Part shown: one piece after another, positions 19,976 through 28,574 of the stretch
Position numbering within the stretch: position 1 is the stretch's first letter
Layout: every line of letters starts with the position of its first letter
DNA from: a virus
Lineage: Duplodnaviria > Caudoviricetes
Virus record (IMG/VR): IMGVR_UViG_3300049926_000074
Location: 1 to 54,697 of that record
DNA length: 54,697 nucleotides
Strand: one strand, 5' to 3'
Position numbers and translations under genes: made by a program
The notes under the pieces: generated by a model
Told to the model about the DNA's origin: nothing
The model's input: the letters and a program-made list of their open reading frames with translations, nothing else
Database searches by the model: none

Positions 19976-20536
19976 CTAGGTCTTGGCGAGTTCGGCGATC
20001 AAATCGGGGTAGTTCTGGATGACCCACCGCGCGAGATCGATGGCACGCTGGCCGTTGGGCTGTGGCTTGATCCAGAGCTCAAGGTTCTCGGCTCGATTGT
20101 CATGACGGATGCCGTTGACGTGGTGGACCGTCTCGTGCGCTTCCATCGGGCGACCGAGGATGCGCTCCATAACGAGGCGATGTTCCTGAATGTAGTGAGG
20201 CCGACGTGCGCCGGGGTAGTCCGGGCGGAAGACGAGCACATAGCCATCGCGATTGATCCGCGTGTCGCCAATCGATCGGGCGCGACGAGTCGAGTGGACT
20301 AGGCCCACGTCGCCGCTACGAGTCAGTCTGTCGTAGTGGAGCGTGCACAGACCCTTGGCTCTGATGGGACGTTCGCACCGTTCGACTCGGCATGTCCGCC
20401 CGACTCGCGCAAACTGCGTCACCACGATATCGCCAGTGCGGCGAAGCCGGTAGTAGTGCAACTTGCAGTAACCCTTTGCGGTGTGCTCGCGTTCACAACC
20501 GCTGGCGGAGCAGACGCCTCTTGTACGCTGTGCCAT
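19976..20536 (-). CDS. HNH endonuclease with two zinc-finger-like repeats (paralog of 9055..9708)
   Basis: EHRLVME..VHHVNGIRHDNRAENLELW..PQPNGQR. Confidence 0.9.
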   Translation of the reverse strand: MAQRTRGVCSASGCEREHTAKGYCKLHYYRLRRTGDIVVTQFARVGRTCRVERCERPIRAKGLCTLHYDRLTRSGDVGLVHSTRRARSIGDTRINRDGYVLVFRPDYPGARRPHYIQEHRLVMERILGRPMEAHETVHHVNGIRHDNRAENLELWIKPQPNGQRAIDLARWVIQNYPDLIAELAKT

Positions 20537-20628
20537 GTCGGGCACCTTCCACGGAGGTTCCGGCAGACGGCGGGGAGTTGCTGCTCCCCGCCGTCCCTTG
20601 TAGACCTAAGTCTACCGCGTCGCCGAGA

Positions 20629-22110
20629 TCAGGCCGTGTTCACGAGGAGACGGAAGGCGCTTGTGTTGACAACGCCGCCGCCGATCCTGGAATAGGCGAA
20701 CCATCCCCTTTGTCCGGAAGGCAGGTTGTTCGCCGTTGCGAACAAGTGTGGAATAAGTTCAACGCTCATGCCCGTTCTACGTGCGATGAGGTAGTTCGAG
20801 AAGTCCCCGATGACCGCGAGTCCGCTGTTCGCCGAGGTCGACGTGGTGGTATTGGGCATGTACGGGGATTCATAGACGCTTCGACCCAGCAGGGTGTCCA
20901 TCCACGCCGCCGGCAGGTTGACGGTGTATGCGTGGTAAACGTTCGACTGGCCAAGCTGGCGCATCTTGTCGTTCACGTTCACGTTCATGAGCCAAGACGC
21001 GTTGAACCGGAAGCGCTGCGGCACGGCCTCGTAGGCGGTGTACGGGTCGAGGGGCCCGAAGTTCGTGCCAGACGTCTGGACGCCGACCCGGTTGCCGGCC
21101 GAGGCCGATAGGACGGTCAGGACGCCAAAGGGTTCATTGGTGCCGGAGCCACGGGTGAACTTGTCGATGAGCAGCTCGTCATAACCTTCACTGAGCAAGC
21201 CGGACATCTCGGATGCAAAGGAGGGATAATCCTCTCCGATCTCGATCGAGAACGGAATAAAGCCGCGAGCGGTGTAAACGCTCACTGTCGGTTGGAGCAT
21301 CGATGGTGCATCATCGGAAACCTCGTTGGCTTCCTGATCGAAGGACCAGGTGACGCCAGCCGAGGTAACGCCCTTCCAGGTATTCGTGTTCACGTCCGTC
21401 TGCTTGGCGATCTGCATGAACGGATTCCGCGAGCCCTGCGCCGTCAACATGATCGACGGGTCGATGAACACGGGCACGCCGTAGCCACCGGAGCCAGACG
21501 AAGACGACGCTGCCCGGTACTCGGCGTACGCCTTCATCGCGTCCCGCTCGTCGTCCTCAAGGAACATCTTCGCATCGGGGTCGGTGACCACCTTCAACCA
21601 CGCGGTGCGGTAAGCCTCGTTCTCAGTAACGACGATGCGCCGAGCCACGTCCACGTTGGTGCGGATCTGCTGTTCGACGTGGTCCTTCTCCTCGGAGCGT
21701 AGGTGCGCTGAGGATCTGCGGTCGTCCAGCGTACGGAGTGCCATGTCGCGGACTTCGCTGTTCAGCATGCGGGTAACGCCGTTGCCGCCGTCGATGCCGT
21801 TGCGGATGTTGGCATAGACGCGCTTGACGGCGTCAGGGCGGCGCGAGAACACCTCGGACACGGCCCGGTGGTTCTCGATCTTCTTGAGGGCATCGGCGCG
21901 GACCGCGAGACCGTAGGCGAATGCCTTCTCCTCGGCGTCACTGAGGTCGCGAAGTTCGCCGGTATCTTCCTGGTGGATGGAGCGCAGATGCGCGTCGAGT
22001 ACCTCGACGAGGTTGCGCAGCTCTTCGGGGCTCTTGTGGCTGGTCTCCTCGAACTTGCCATCGGAGACCGAGTCGAGGGTCTTGTCCCTCAACTCTTCGA
22101 CATTGAACAC
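20629..22110 (-). CDS. Major capsid protein, HK97 fold, with N-terminal delta domain
   Basis: Coiled-coil N-terminus, GGYGVP, GSGTNEPFG, TLLGRSV, GDFSNY, RIGG. Confidence 0.95.
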   Translation of the reverse strand: MFNVEELRDKTLDSVSDGKFEETSHKSPEELRNLVEVLDAHLRSIHQEDTGELRDLSDAEEKAFAYGLAVRADALKKIENHRAVSEVFSRRPDAVKRVYANIRNGIDGGNGVTRMLNSEVRDMALRTLDDRRSSAHLRSEEKDHVEQQIRTNVDVARRIVVTENEAYRTAWLKVVTDPDAKMFLEDDERDAMKAYAEYRAASSSSGSGGYGVPVFIDPSIMLTAQGSRNPFMQIAKQTDVNTNTWKGVTSAGVTWSFDQEANEVSDDAPSMLQPTVSVYTARGFIPFSIEIGEDYPSFASEMSGLLSEGYDELLIDKFTRGSGTNEPFGVLTVLSASAGNRVGVQTSGTNFGPLDPYTAYEAVPQRFRFNASWLMNVNVNDKMRQLGQSNVYHAYTVNLPAAWMDTLLGRSVYESPYMPNTTTSTSANSGLAVIGDFSNYLIARRTGMSVELIPHLFATANNLPSGQRGWFAYSRIGGGVVNTSAFRLLVNTA

Positions 22111-22123
22111 GATGCTTCCTCTT

Positions 22124-22876
22124 TCAGGGGAGGGTGACTGGATTGCGCAGGGTCCGGAGGGCCCTTATGCGTGCGAGTTGTGCTGGGTTCGGTGCGTCGC
22201 CCTCCCTGGGCTCCACATCGGATTCACCGCCACCCGCGCTCCTCGCGCTGGGTCGCCCGGCGAAGTTGAGATCCGTGGCGAGGCCAGCTTGGGCTCTCAG
22301 CTCACGGATGAGTTCGGCCCGTTCCTCAGGGGTGAACGTTGCCAGGATTGAACGGACGGATACGGTGGTTGAGGCGTAGGCAGGGAAGACGACTGGCCCG
22401 GCCTCGGGGACGTCGGCATCGGCAACCCGGCGCAGATCCATGCCGCCGTTGCGGCGTTCCCACTGGTCGCCGCCCTTGCTCACCTTGAACCGGAACGACA
22501 TGCCCCTGATGGCCTTGTGCTCGATGGCTTGCCGGACTGGCTCCACCACGGGGTTGTCAAACAGTTCGCCGCGTACGAAGTAGCCCTTGCCGTCTGGTTC
22601 CCACGTGTCGTACTTGCCGATGGGCACCGTGCCGACCCGAGGGTCCTTGCCGTGGTCGAACTGCATCACCGGGTAGCCGCTGTCGCGCAACGACCGGTCG
22701 GCGAATCCGGGCAGCATCTCCTCTTCGAAGTCCCCGGCGTGGTCCGGGATCCGGGTGCGAGTGTTGAAGACGGCGACATGGCCTTCGAGGGTGCGGCCGT
22801 TGCGGCCAGCGGAGCGGAGTTCGAACTCGTAGGCTCGGACGGCGAATCCGATGTCCCGGGTCAGGGCATGCGTCAT
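22124..22876 (-). CDS. HK97-family prohead protease
   Basis: LEGHVAVFN, FEE..PG, FDH, GMSFRF, PAY. Confidence 0.95.
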   Translation of the reverse strand: MTHALTRDIGFAVRAYEFELRSAGRNGRTLEGHVAVFNTRTRIPDHAGDFEEEMLPGFADRSLRDSGYPVMQFDHGKDPRVGTVPIGKYDTWEPDGKGYFVRGELFDNPVVEPVRQAIEHKAIRGMSFRFKVSKGGDQWERRNGGMDLRRVADADVPEAGPVVFPAYASTTVSVRSILATFTPEERAELIRELRAQAGLATDLNFAGRPSARSAGGGESDVEPREGDAPNPAQLARIRALRTLRNPVTLP

Positions 22877-22927
22877 TACCCACGCACCACCTTTCGGTAC
22901 GCGGGCGGGTGCCCGAGATCAGTTGGT

Positions 22928-25900
22928 TTAGCCGGGGCCGATGCGGTTGCCGCGCGGCGGCTTGCCGTGGGCTACGCGGTTCTTGTCGTCGCCGGGCCAG
23001 TAGTGGAAGACGTCATGGAAGAAGCTGGCCGCGAGCCGCTTCGCCATCTCTGGCGGCACGTGCTCTTCGAGGAGATGTTCCAACGTCGTCCAGGGTGTGG
23101 CTGAGTCGACCCAGCGGGCGCGACCCTTGGGGTCGACCGTCCAGTAGTGGTGGAGCTGATCGTGACCCGGCGTGACGTCGTGACCAAGCGCGCGGGTTGT
23201 GATGCCGGCCAGGGCTAGTCCGCAGTCGCGGGCCGCCGAGGTCCTCCGCTTGCGCGGCGCGGCTTTCGTGGTAGGCGCCGCGCCCGGAAGCGACCGCGGC
23301 GACGGGTCCTCGATCATGACGGCGTGCTTGGCCTGGTCGCCGATCACCACGGCCGCGTCGCGGTCCGCCTGGGTCAGCGTCTTCTGGTTGGACTCGGGCA
23401 CGATGTTCGCCCCGGGCTCTTGCTCCAGCCGCTTCAGCGAGGCGTCTACCTCGTGCCGGTTCGTGTCCTCGCCGAGCTGGTTGCGCAGGTCGGCCAAACC
23501 GACCCACGCGCCCGGACTCGCGGCGAGATGGGCGTACGCAGCCCGCACCCGGTTGTCGATCTGGACTGCGCGAATGGCTGGGTCGGTCGACAGGCCGTTC
23601 GCGCCGGTCAGAGCGTCGAGCGCCTTCCTGGCCGGACTCTGTAGATCCGCGTTCTTGATTGCCAAAGCATCGTTTCGAACGCCAACGGTCGCATCCACGA
23701 TCGACTGCTGATACTCGGTCTTGTTCCGCTCTGGCGCCACGTCGAGTGCCTTCGCGACGGCCTTCAACTCAGCGAGCGTCAGGCCTGCGAGAAGTCCATG
23801 GGCCTCGTCGCGGGACTTCGCGTCGGCAAGACCGGCCACGACCTCATCAGTCGATGCCGCTGGTCGCGGTGCTGATGGTGCGGCCTTCTTGACCGCCTTC
23901 GCCGGCGCCGCTACCTCAGGCTTGCCACCCTCGCCCTTCGGGAGCGGGCGAGGCGATGGGTCGCCGATCCAGATGGCATGGTTGTCCTCGTTGCCGATAC
24001 GCAACGCCGCCGCCCGGTCCCGAGGCTTCAACGCCTTCGTGTTCGCCACCGGGATGATGCGGACACGTCCAGGATCGTTGTAGTCGGCCGATAGCAGCAT
24101 CTTCGTTAGGGCCGCGTCCTGTTCCTCGCGGGACAAGTCCCCAAGGTTGTCCCGCAGATCGGCCAGGCCAACCCAGGTGCCGGGCTTCGCGGCGAGCTTC
24201 GAATACGCCTCGCGGACACGGTTGTCGACCTCGACCGCGCGCACTGCGGGATCTGTTGACAAGGCGGCCGGCGCCGCCTTGTTGGCCGGCGCCCGAGGAC
24301 GATCCGGGTTGATCCTTCGGTATCGGTCGACGCCCGGCGTAGCCGAGGTGGGCATCGGGAGCGGCGACGGATCCTGGAAGGACACGGCGTGATGGTCCTC
24401 GCCGCCCATATGCAGCGCCGCTGCCCGATCCCGCTCGGTTAGCGCCTTGATGTTGGCGATCGGGATGATGCGTGCCCCACCCGGCAGGTCCGCGTTGGCC
24501 AGCCGTTTGAGCGCGGCATCCTGCTCCGAGCGAGGGATATCGGACATTTCGTCCCGCAGGTCCGCGATGGCGACCCAGCCGCCGTTCGGGCGGGCTGCGG
24601 CATAGGCCGCACGGAGCCGGTTGTCCACCTCGGCATCACGCAGGGACCGATTCGCCAGATCCGCCAGCGCGGCAGCCTGACGAGCCTTCTGTTCGGCGTC
24701 GAGTTTGGCGTACCACTCGGGCGTGTGCGGAGCCGGTTCGGTACCCCGCCCTGCATCGCGGGCCCGGGCTTTGGCCACCTTCGCAGGTGCGGCCTTCTTC
24801 GCCGGAGCCACACCCTGCTCCTTGGCCGCCCAGTCCGCCAGCTCCGTCTCGCCGTTGTCGCTGGCCCACTTCTCCAGCCCAGCCAGCTCCGGCGCGGTCA
24901 TCACGCGGGCGCCGCGCACACCGGAGTCGGACTCCTCGTACAGGCTGACCTTGCCGTCGGCTTCGTGATAGACGGCCACGTCCTTGTTGCGGAGCTTCGA
25001 GGGCTCGGCCTTCGGCAGCGGGCGCGGCGACGGGTCCTCAATGGCCAGGATCTGATGGGGGGTGCCGCCGAGATCAAGTGCGGCCTCGCGATCACGACGG
25101 CCGGGGGGTTTGAAGGTATCGAGCCGAACGCCCATGTCGAGCGGATCCAGCCGAACACCCTTCTGTCGAGACAACCTCAGCAAAGCCGCGTCAGTGTCTT
25201 CACGACTCAAGTCGCCGAGGTTGTCGCGGAGGTCGGACAGGTGAACCCAGCCACCGGCCAGCTTGGGCAGATCCCGGTACGCCGCGCGGATCTTGTTCTC
25301 GACCTCGACCTCGCGGACGAGCTTCGGATCGGGCTTGCCGTCGCCCTTGAGCGTGAACTTCGCCGACGGCTTCGGCCTAGCCTTGTCCGCCGCGTCGACC
25401 TCGCGGAACGACTGGCGAGCATGTTCGAGAATCGCGTCCTTGATCTCCTTCTCGGACGCGCCGCGACGCATGGCCGGCATGCCGTCGGCCTCCAGCGCCT
25501 TGGCTGCGCGGCGAACCTGCTCGCGGTCGAACTTCGCCAGCGGATCGTCCGGGCCGTCGCCCTTGAGGAAGTCGTGCAGAGCAGCGCCCATGATGGCCGT
25601 CAACTTCGCGAACCGGCCACCCTTACCGCGCGGGTGCTTGGCCGCCTGCTCGACGGACCAGGCCCGCTCCTCGTCGCCCGACAGGCTACGGATCGCAGCA
25701 ACCAGCACCTCGGTGTTCTCGTCGAGGGTGTTGTCCTCGAGGGGGACATCACGGACCTCGATGCCGAGCAGCCGCAGATCCCGGTGACGAAGGGCGGCAG
25801 GCGTGGTTGTGTCCTGACGGATCGCGGCACCCTTGCGTCCCGCCTGGTCCTCAATAGGGCCAAGGCAGATGTAACCGTTAGACCAACCGTCCCGGACCAA

Positions 25901-26056
25901 CCCGGCCGCTAAAGCGTCCCGATCTGGCGTCAGCCGAATGAGTGCTGCGAAAATGTTCGGAGCAGCACCCTCGAAGGTCCCCCGGCCAGTTTCGTCGACA
26001 CTGACAGATCCACCGCTGCCAGCATCGGATCCGACGACCCGCAGTTCTCGCCGCAT
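22928..26056 (-). CDS. Large multidomain head-region protein with four ~100-aa repeats (probable internal/ejected protein)
   Basis: Four xRxAY..WVx(L/I)xDLR..DA(A/S)L..DRxAA..DPSP repeats; HPRGKGGRF motif; AK-rich linkers. Confidence 0.8.
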   Translation of the reverse strand: MRRELRVVGSDAGSGGSVSVDETGRGTFEGAAPNIFAALIRLTPDRDALAAGLVRDGWSNGYICLGPIEDQAGRKGAAIRQDTTTPAALRHRDLRLLGIEVRDVPLEDNTLDENTEVLVAAIRSLSGDEERAWSVEQAAKHPRGKGGRFAKLTAIMGAALHDFLKGDGPDDPLAKFDREQVRRAAKALEADGMPAMRRGASEKEIKDAILEHARQSFREVDAADKARPKPSAKFTLKGDGKPDPKLVREVEVENKIRAAYRDLPKLAGGWVHLSDLRDNLGDLSREDTDAALLRLSRQKGVRLDPLDMGVRLDTFKPPGRRDREAALDLGGTPHQILAIEDPSPRPLPKAEPSKLRNKDVAVYHEADGKVSLYEESDSGVRGARVMTAPELAGLEKWASDNGETELADWAAKEQGVAPAKKAAPAKVAKARARDAGRGTEPAPHTPEWYAKLDAEQKARQAAALADLANRSLRDAEVDNRLRAAYAAARPNGGWVAIADLRDEMSDIPRSEQDAALKRLANADLPGGARIIPIANIKALTERDRAAALHMGGEDHHAVSFQDPSPLPMPTSATPGVDRYRRINPDRPRAPANKAAPAALSTDPAVRAVEVDNRVREAYSKLAAKPGTWVGLADLRDNLGDLSREEQDAALTKMLLSADYNDPGRVRIIPVANTKALKPRDRAAALRIGNEDNHAIWIGDPSPRPLPKGEGGKPEVAAPAKAVKKAAPSAPRPAASTDEVVAGLADAKSRDEAHGLLAGLTLAELKAVAKALDVAPERNKTEYQQSIVDATVGVRNDALAIKNADLQSPARKALDALTGANGLSTDPAIRAVQIDNRVRAAYAHLAASPGAWVGLADLRNQLGEDTNRHEVDASLKRLEQEPGANIVPESNQKTLTQADRDAAVVIGDQAKHAVMIEDPSPRSLPGAAPTTKAAPRKRRTSAARDCGLALAGITTRALGHDVTPGHDQLHHYWTVDPKGRARWVDSATPWTTLEHLLEEHVPPEMAKRLAASFFHDVFHYWPGDDKNRVAHGKPPRGNRIGPG

Positions 26057-26058
26057 GT

Positions 26059-26883
26059 CTAGGCCACCCTTCTGGTGGTCCCGACCGCACGCGGCTCAAA
26101 GATCGCGAGGTTCTCCATCATGGTGTCAAACCAGTCCAGACGGTGAAGCCGCTCGAACTCCGGCCGCAAAGATTCCAGGCGCTGTCGAATCAACGTCAGA
26201 TCGCCGGGCGAAATATCGATGTGCTCCGCCCAGTTGTTGTGGGCCTCGTTGGAGAATTCATCCGAGAAGTAGCCGAGGCCATTGCTCGCATGGTGTCCGA
26301 AAGACAGCGCGTGATCGATCGCGACAATCCCGCCGTCGTCCTGGAGGAGAAAGTTGCCGGCGTGACGGTCCGGGTTTCCTGCGAGTAGATCGAATAGACC
26401 AAGGAGTCGGCCCTGGTCGGAGTTCACTACCTCTTCCGGCGGCGCGACCCAGGGCGAAATTGAGCTGTGATCGATGTGTCGGCCATCCATGAATTCCATT
26501 TGGAGTTCTGTCGGTCCCGCGCGGTACACGGCCGGCGCGCGAACACCAACCGCGTTGGCTACGAGTGACCCGAGTTCCTCGGCGTCTGCCTGATGGACAC
26601 CGGTGATTCCCTCGGCGTCGCGGGGCGTTTTGTGAATCGTGACAGTGCCATCGGCGTGAGTCTCTCGCGCGGTGCCACCCATGAAGCCGCCGTTGCCCTC
26701 GGACTTCACAACCAGCGACCCAGCGGATTCCCTCACGCGTCGAGCACGGCCGCTCAGTGATTCCCAATTGCCCACGGCTCCAATCGGGATCCAGCCATGC
26801 TTGTAGTGCTGGCCCGGGTGCGGATGACCGCGCAGTTCGATACCCGCGAGGCGAAGAGTCCGATCGCGGGTCAAGGTGTCCAC
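26059..26883 (-). CDS. HipA/PI3-PI4-kinase-fold kinase
   Basis: IHK..AEELGS, FDLLAGNPDRHAGNFL, IDHALSF. Confidence 0.85.
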   Translation of the reverse strand: MDTLTRDRTLRLAGIELRGHPHPGQHYKHGWIPIGAVGNWESLSGRARRVRESAGSLVVKSEGNGGFMGGTARETHADGTVTIHKTPRDAEGITGVHQADAEELGSLVANAVGVRAPAVYRAGPTELQMEFMDGRHIDHSSISPWVAPPEEVVNSDQGRLLGLFDLLAGNPDRHAGNFLLQDDGGIVAIDHALSFGHHASNGLGYFSDEFSNEAHNNWAEHIDISPGDLTLIRQRLESLRPEFERLHRLDWFDTMMENLAIFEPRAVGTTRRVA

Positions 26884-26886
26884 GGT

Positions 26887-28365
26887 TCACCCCTTCGCAG
26901 GTGCGGGCTTGGCGGACTTCACTGGCGGCGCCGGCTTGCGGGGTGCCGCACCGGGATCGGTCGGTGCGACTGGTGCCGAAGTGTCAGTGGGCTGGCTGGC
27001 TACCATTCCCGGCGGCTGAAGCTGCACACTCAGGTTGCCGGTGTGCTTCAGTCGCGACACGTCACCGGTCTGCACCGCCTCAACCGACGACTCCGGCGTG
27101 AACCCGGCGTTGACATACGCCACGATCGACGCCTGCTTGATTTGCTCGATCTCCGCCGCGTCCTTCGAGTCCTCGCGGAGGATCGGCATGTCGTCGGTCA
27201 GGTACCACAACTCGGCGTCGTTCGGGACCTTCGTCACCGACGCCAACGACGCGGCCAGATCCTGCAGGGTCGGATAGATCCAGGTGTCCGCCATGATGCG
27301 GCGCGCCATGCCGAAGTTGCCGGCGTTCAGGCTCGATCCGGCCAAGCCCTCCGAGATACCTAACACTGACGCGGGAACGCGGGACAGATAGGAGATCCTG
27401 GTTTCGCCAGCGCCCATGATGGCCTTCAGGTCCATCTGCTGCCAGTTCGAGCCGACCACCGTGGCGTCAGCACCTGCAGTCAGGTAGAGCGTCTTGAAGG
27501 CGTTGCGGACTCCGGTGTGGTTCGACTCGATCATGTCGACGATCTCGTCGAACTGCCCCTTGGTCATCGCCGGGATGCCCTTGACCACAAGATTCGGGCT
27601 CGCGCCGTTCTTCCAGAACTGAAGCTTGTGCTCGGTGGCCGCCTGGTCGCCCTGCATGTCCCGAATTGCTGGCGTCAGCCACGACATCCCGATGCCGCCA
27701 CCCTCGGGATCCGGCATGGGCGACCAGTGGGCGACTTCATCGGGCAGCAGGGTCTGCACTCGGTGGAACATCCCAGCGACCGCGCCATTGCCCGGAGCGG
27801 TTAGACCACCGTTGGCGTAGACGTAGCCGACGACCTCGCCGTCCAGCGCCGTAGCCGCGTCCTGCGGCTCCTGCTCGCTGCCGTAGACGATCGCCGTCCA
27901 ATCCGGCCGTAGGACTCGCAGCCGGCCGGCCGTACGGTTCGTCACGTAGGCATTGCCGGCCAAGCCGGCGTGCCACTCCATCTTCGTTATCAGCTCACCC
28001 GTGGTGCCGTTCGGCCACGGGCGCTCGAGCAGCGACAGGTCCCGGTTCCCGAACGTCTTGCGCGGACCGCCAGCGGATGGCCGCGACCGGAACGTGAACC
28101 GGGCCTGCGACAGAACCAGCGCCCGCACCATCTCGGCCGCGAACGCCGGCGGACACCTGCGCAGCGCGGCCGCGTAGCTCGGCAGCGTCGCCATGATCTC
28201 CGTGACGCGCATGCCCGGAGAGGTCATGTTCAGACCCTGGATGCCGCCGAACTGGTTCAAGGCTGGCTGGAGGAAGTCGCTGTACCAGGTGTCGATGGAG
28301 TTCCGCTCTTCAACGCCGGTTCCACCACGGCGCGCGAGGCGGGCCTGCACGCGATCAGCCAACAC
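26887..28365 (-). CDS. Portal protein (HK97-like); start uncertain (28362-28392)
   Basis: GNAY, LRPD, EVAH, FWKNGASP; directly after terminase. Confidence 0.9.
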   Translation of the reverse strand: MLADRVQARLARRGGTGVEERNSIDTWYSDFLQPALNQFGGIQGLNMTSPGMRVTEIMATLPSYAAALRRCPPAFAAEMVRALVLSQARFTFRSRPSAGGPRKTFGNRDLSLLERPWPNGTTGELITKMEWHAGLAGNAYVTNRTAGRLRVLRPDWTAIVYGSEQEPQDAATALDGEVVGYVYANGGLTAPGNGAVAGMFHRVQTLLPDEVAHWSPMPDPEGGGIGMSWLTPAIRDMQGDQAATEHKLQFWKNGASPNLVVKGIPAMTKGQFDEIVDMIESNHTGVRNAFKTLYLTAGADATVVGSNWQQMDLKAIMGAGETRISYLSRVPASVLGISEGLAGSSLNAGNFGMARRIMADTWIYPTLQDLAASLASVTKVPNDAELWYLTDDMPILREDSKDAAEIEQIKQASIVAYVNAGFTPESSVEAVQTGDVSRLKHTGNLSVQLQPPGMVASQPTDTSAPVAPTDPGAAPRKPAPPVKSAKPAPAKG

Positions 28366-28561
28366 GCGAATACCTGTCCCGCACGTCGGCATAGCCGGTC
28401 TGAGTGGCGGCGACGGCGAAGCGATACGCGATGACGGCGGCCGCGGCAGTCGAGCCGGCGACCAGGAACGGCAGAGCCAGCAGGCTCAGCAGCAACGGCA
28501 TTACCCGGACACGGGTACGCCAGTCAGCGATCCGGGCCACCGAGTAGTCGAGCGCGGTCAC
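28355..28561 (-). CDS. Small membrane protein between terminase and portal
   Basis: AAGGAGG+GTG; hydrophobic core. Confidence 0.65.
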   Translation of the reverse strand: MTALDYSVARIADWRTRVRVMPLLLSLLALPFLVAGSTAAAAVIAYRFAVAATQTGYADVRDRYSRVG

Positions 28562-28574
28562 GGCGGCCTCCTTG

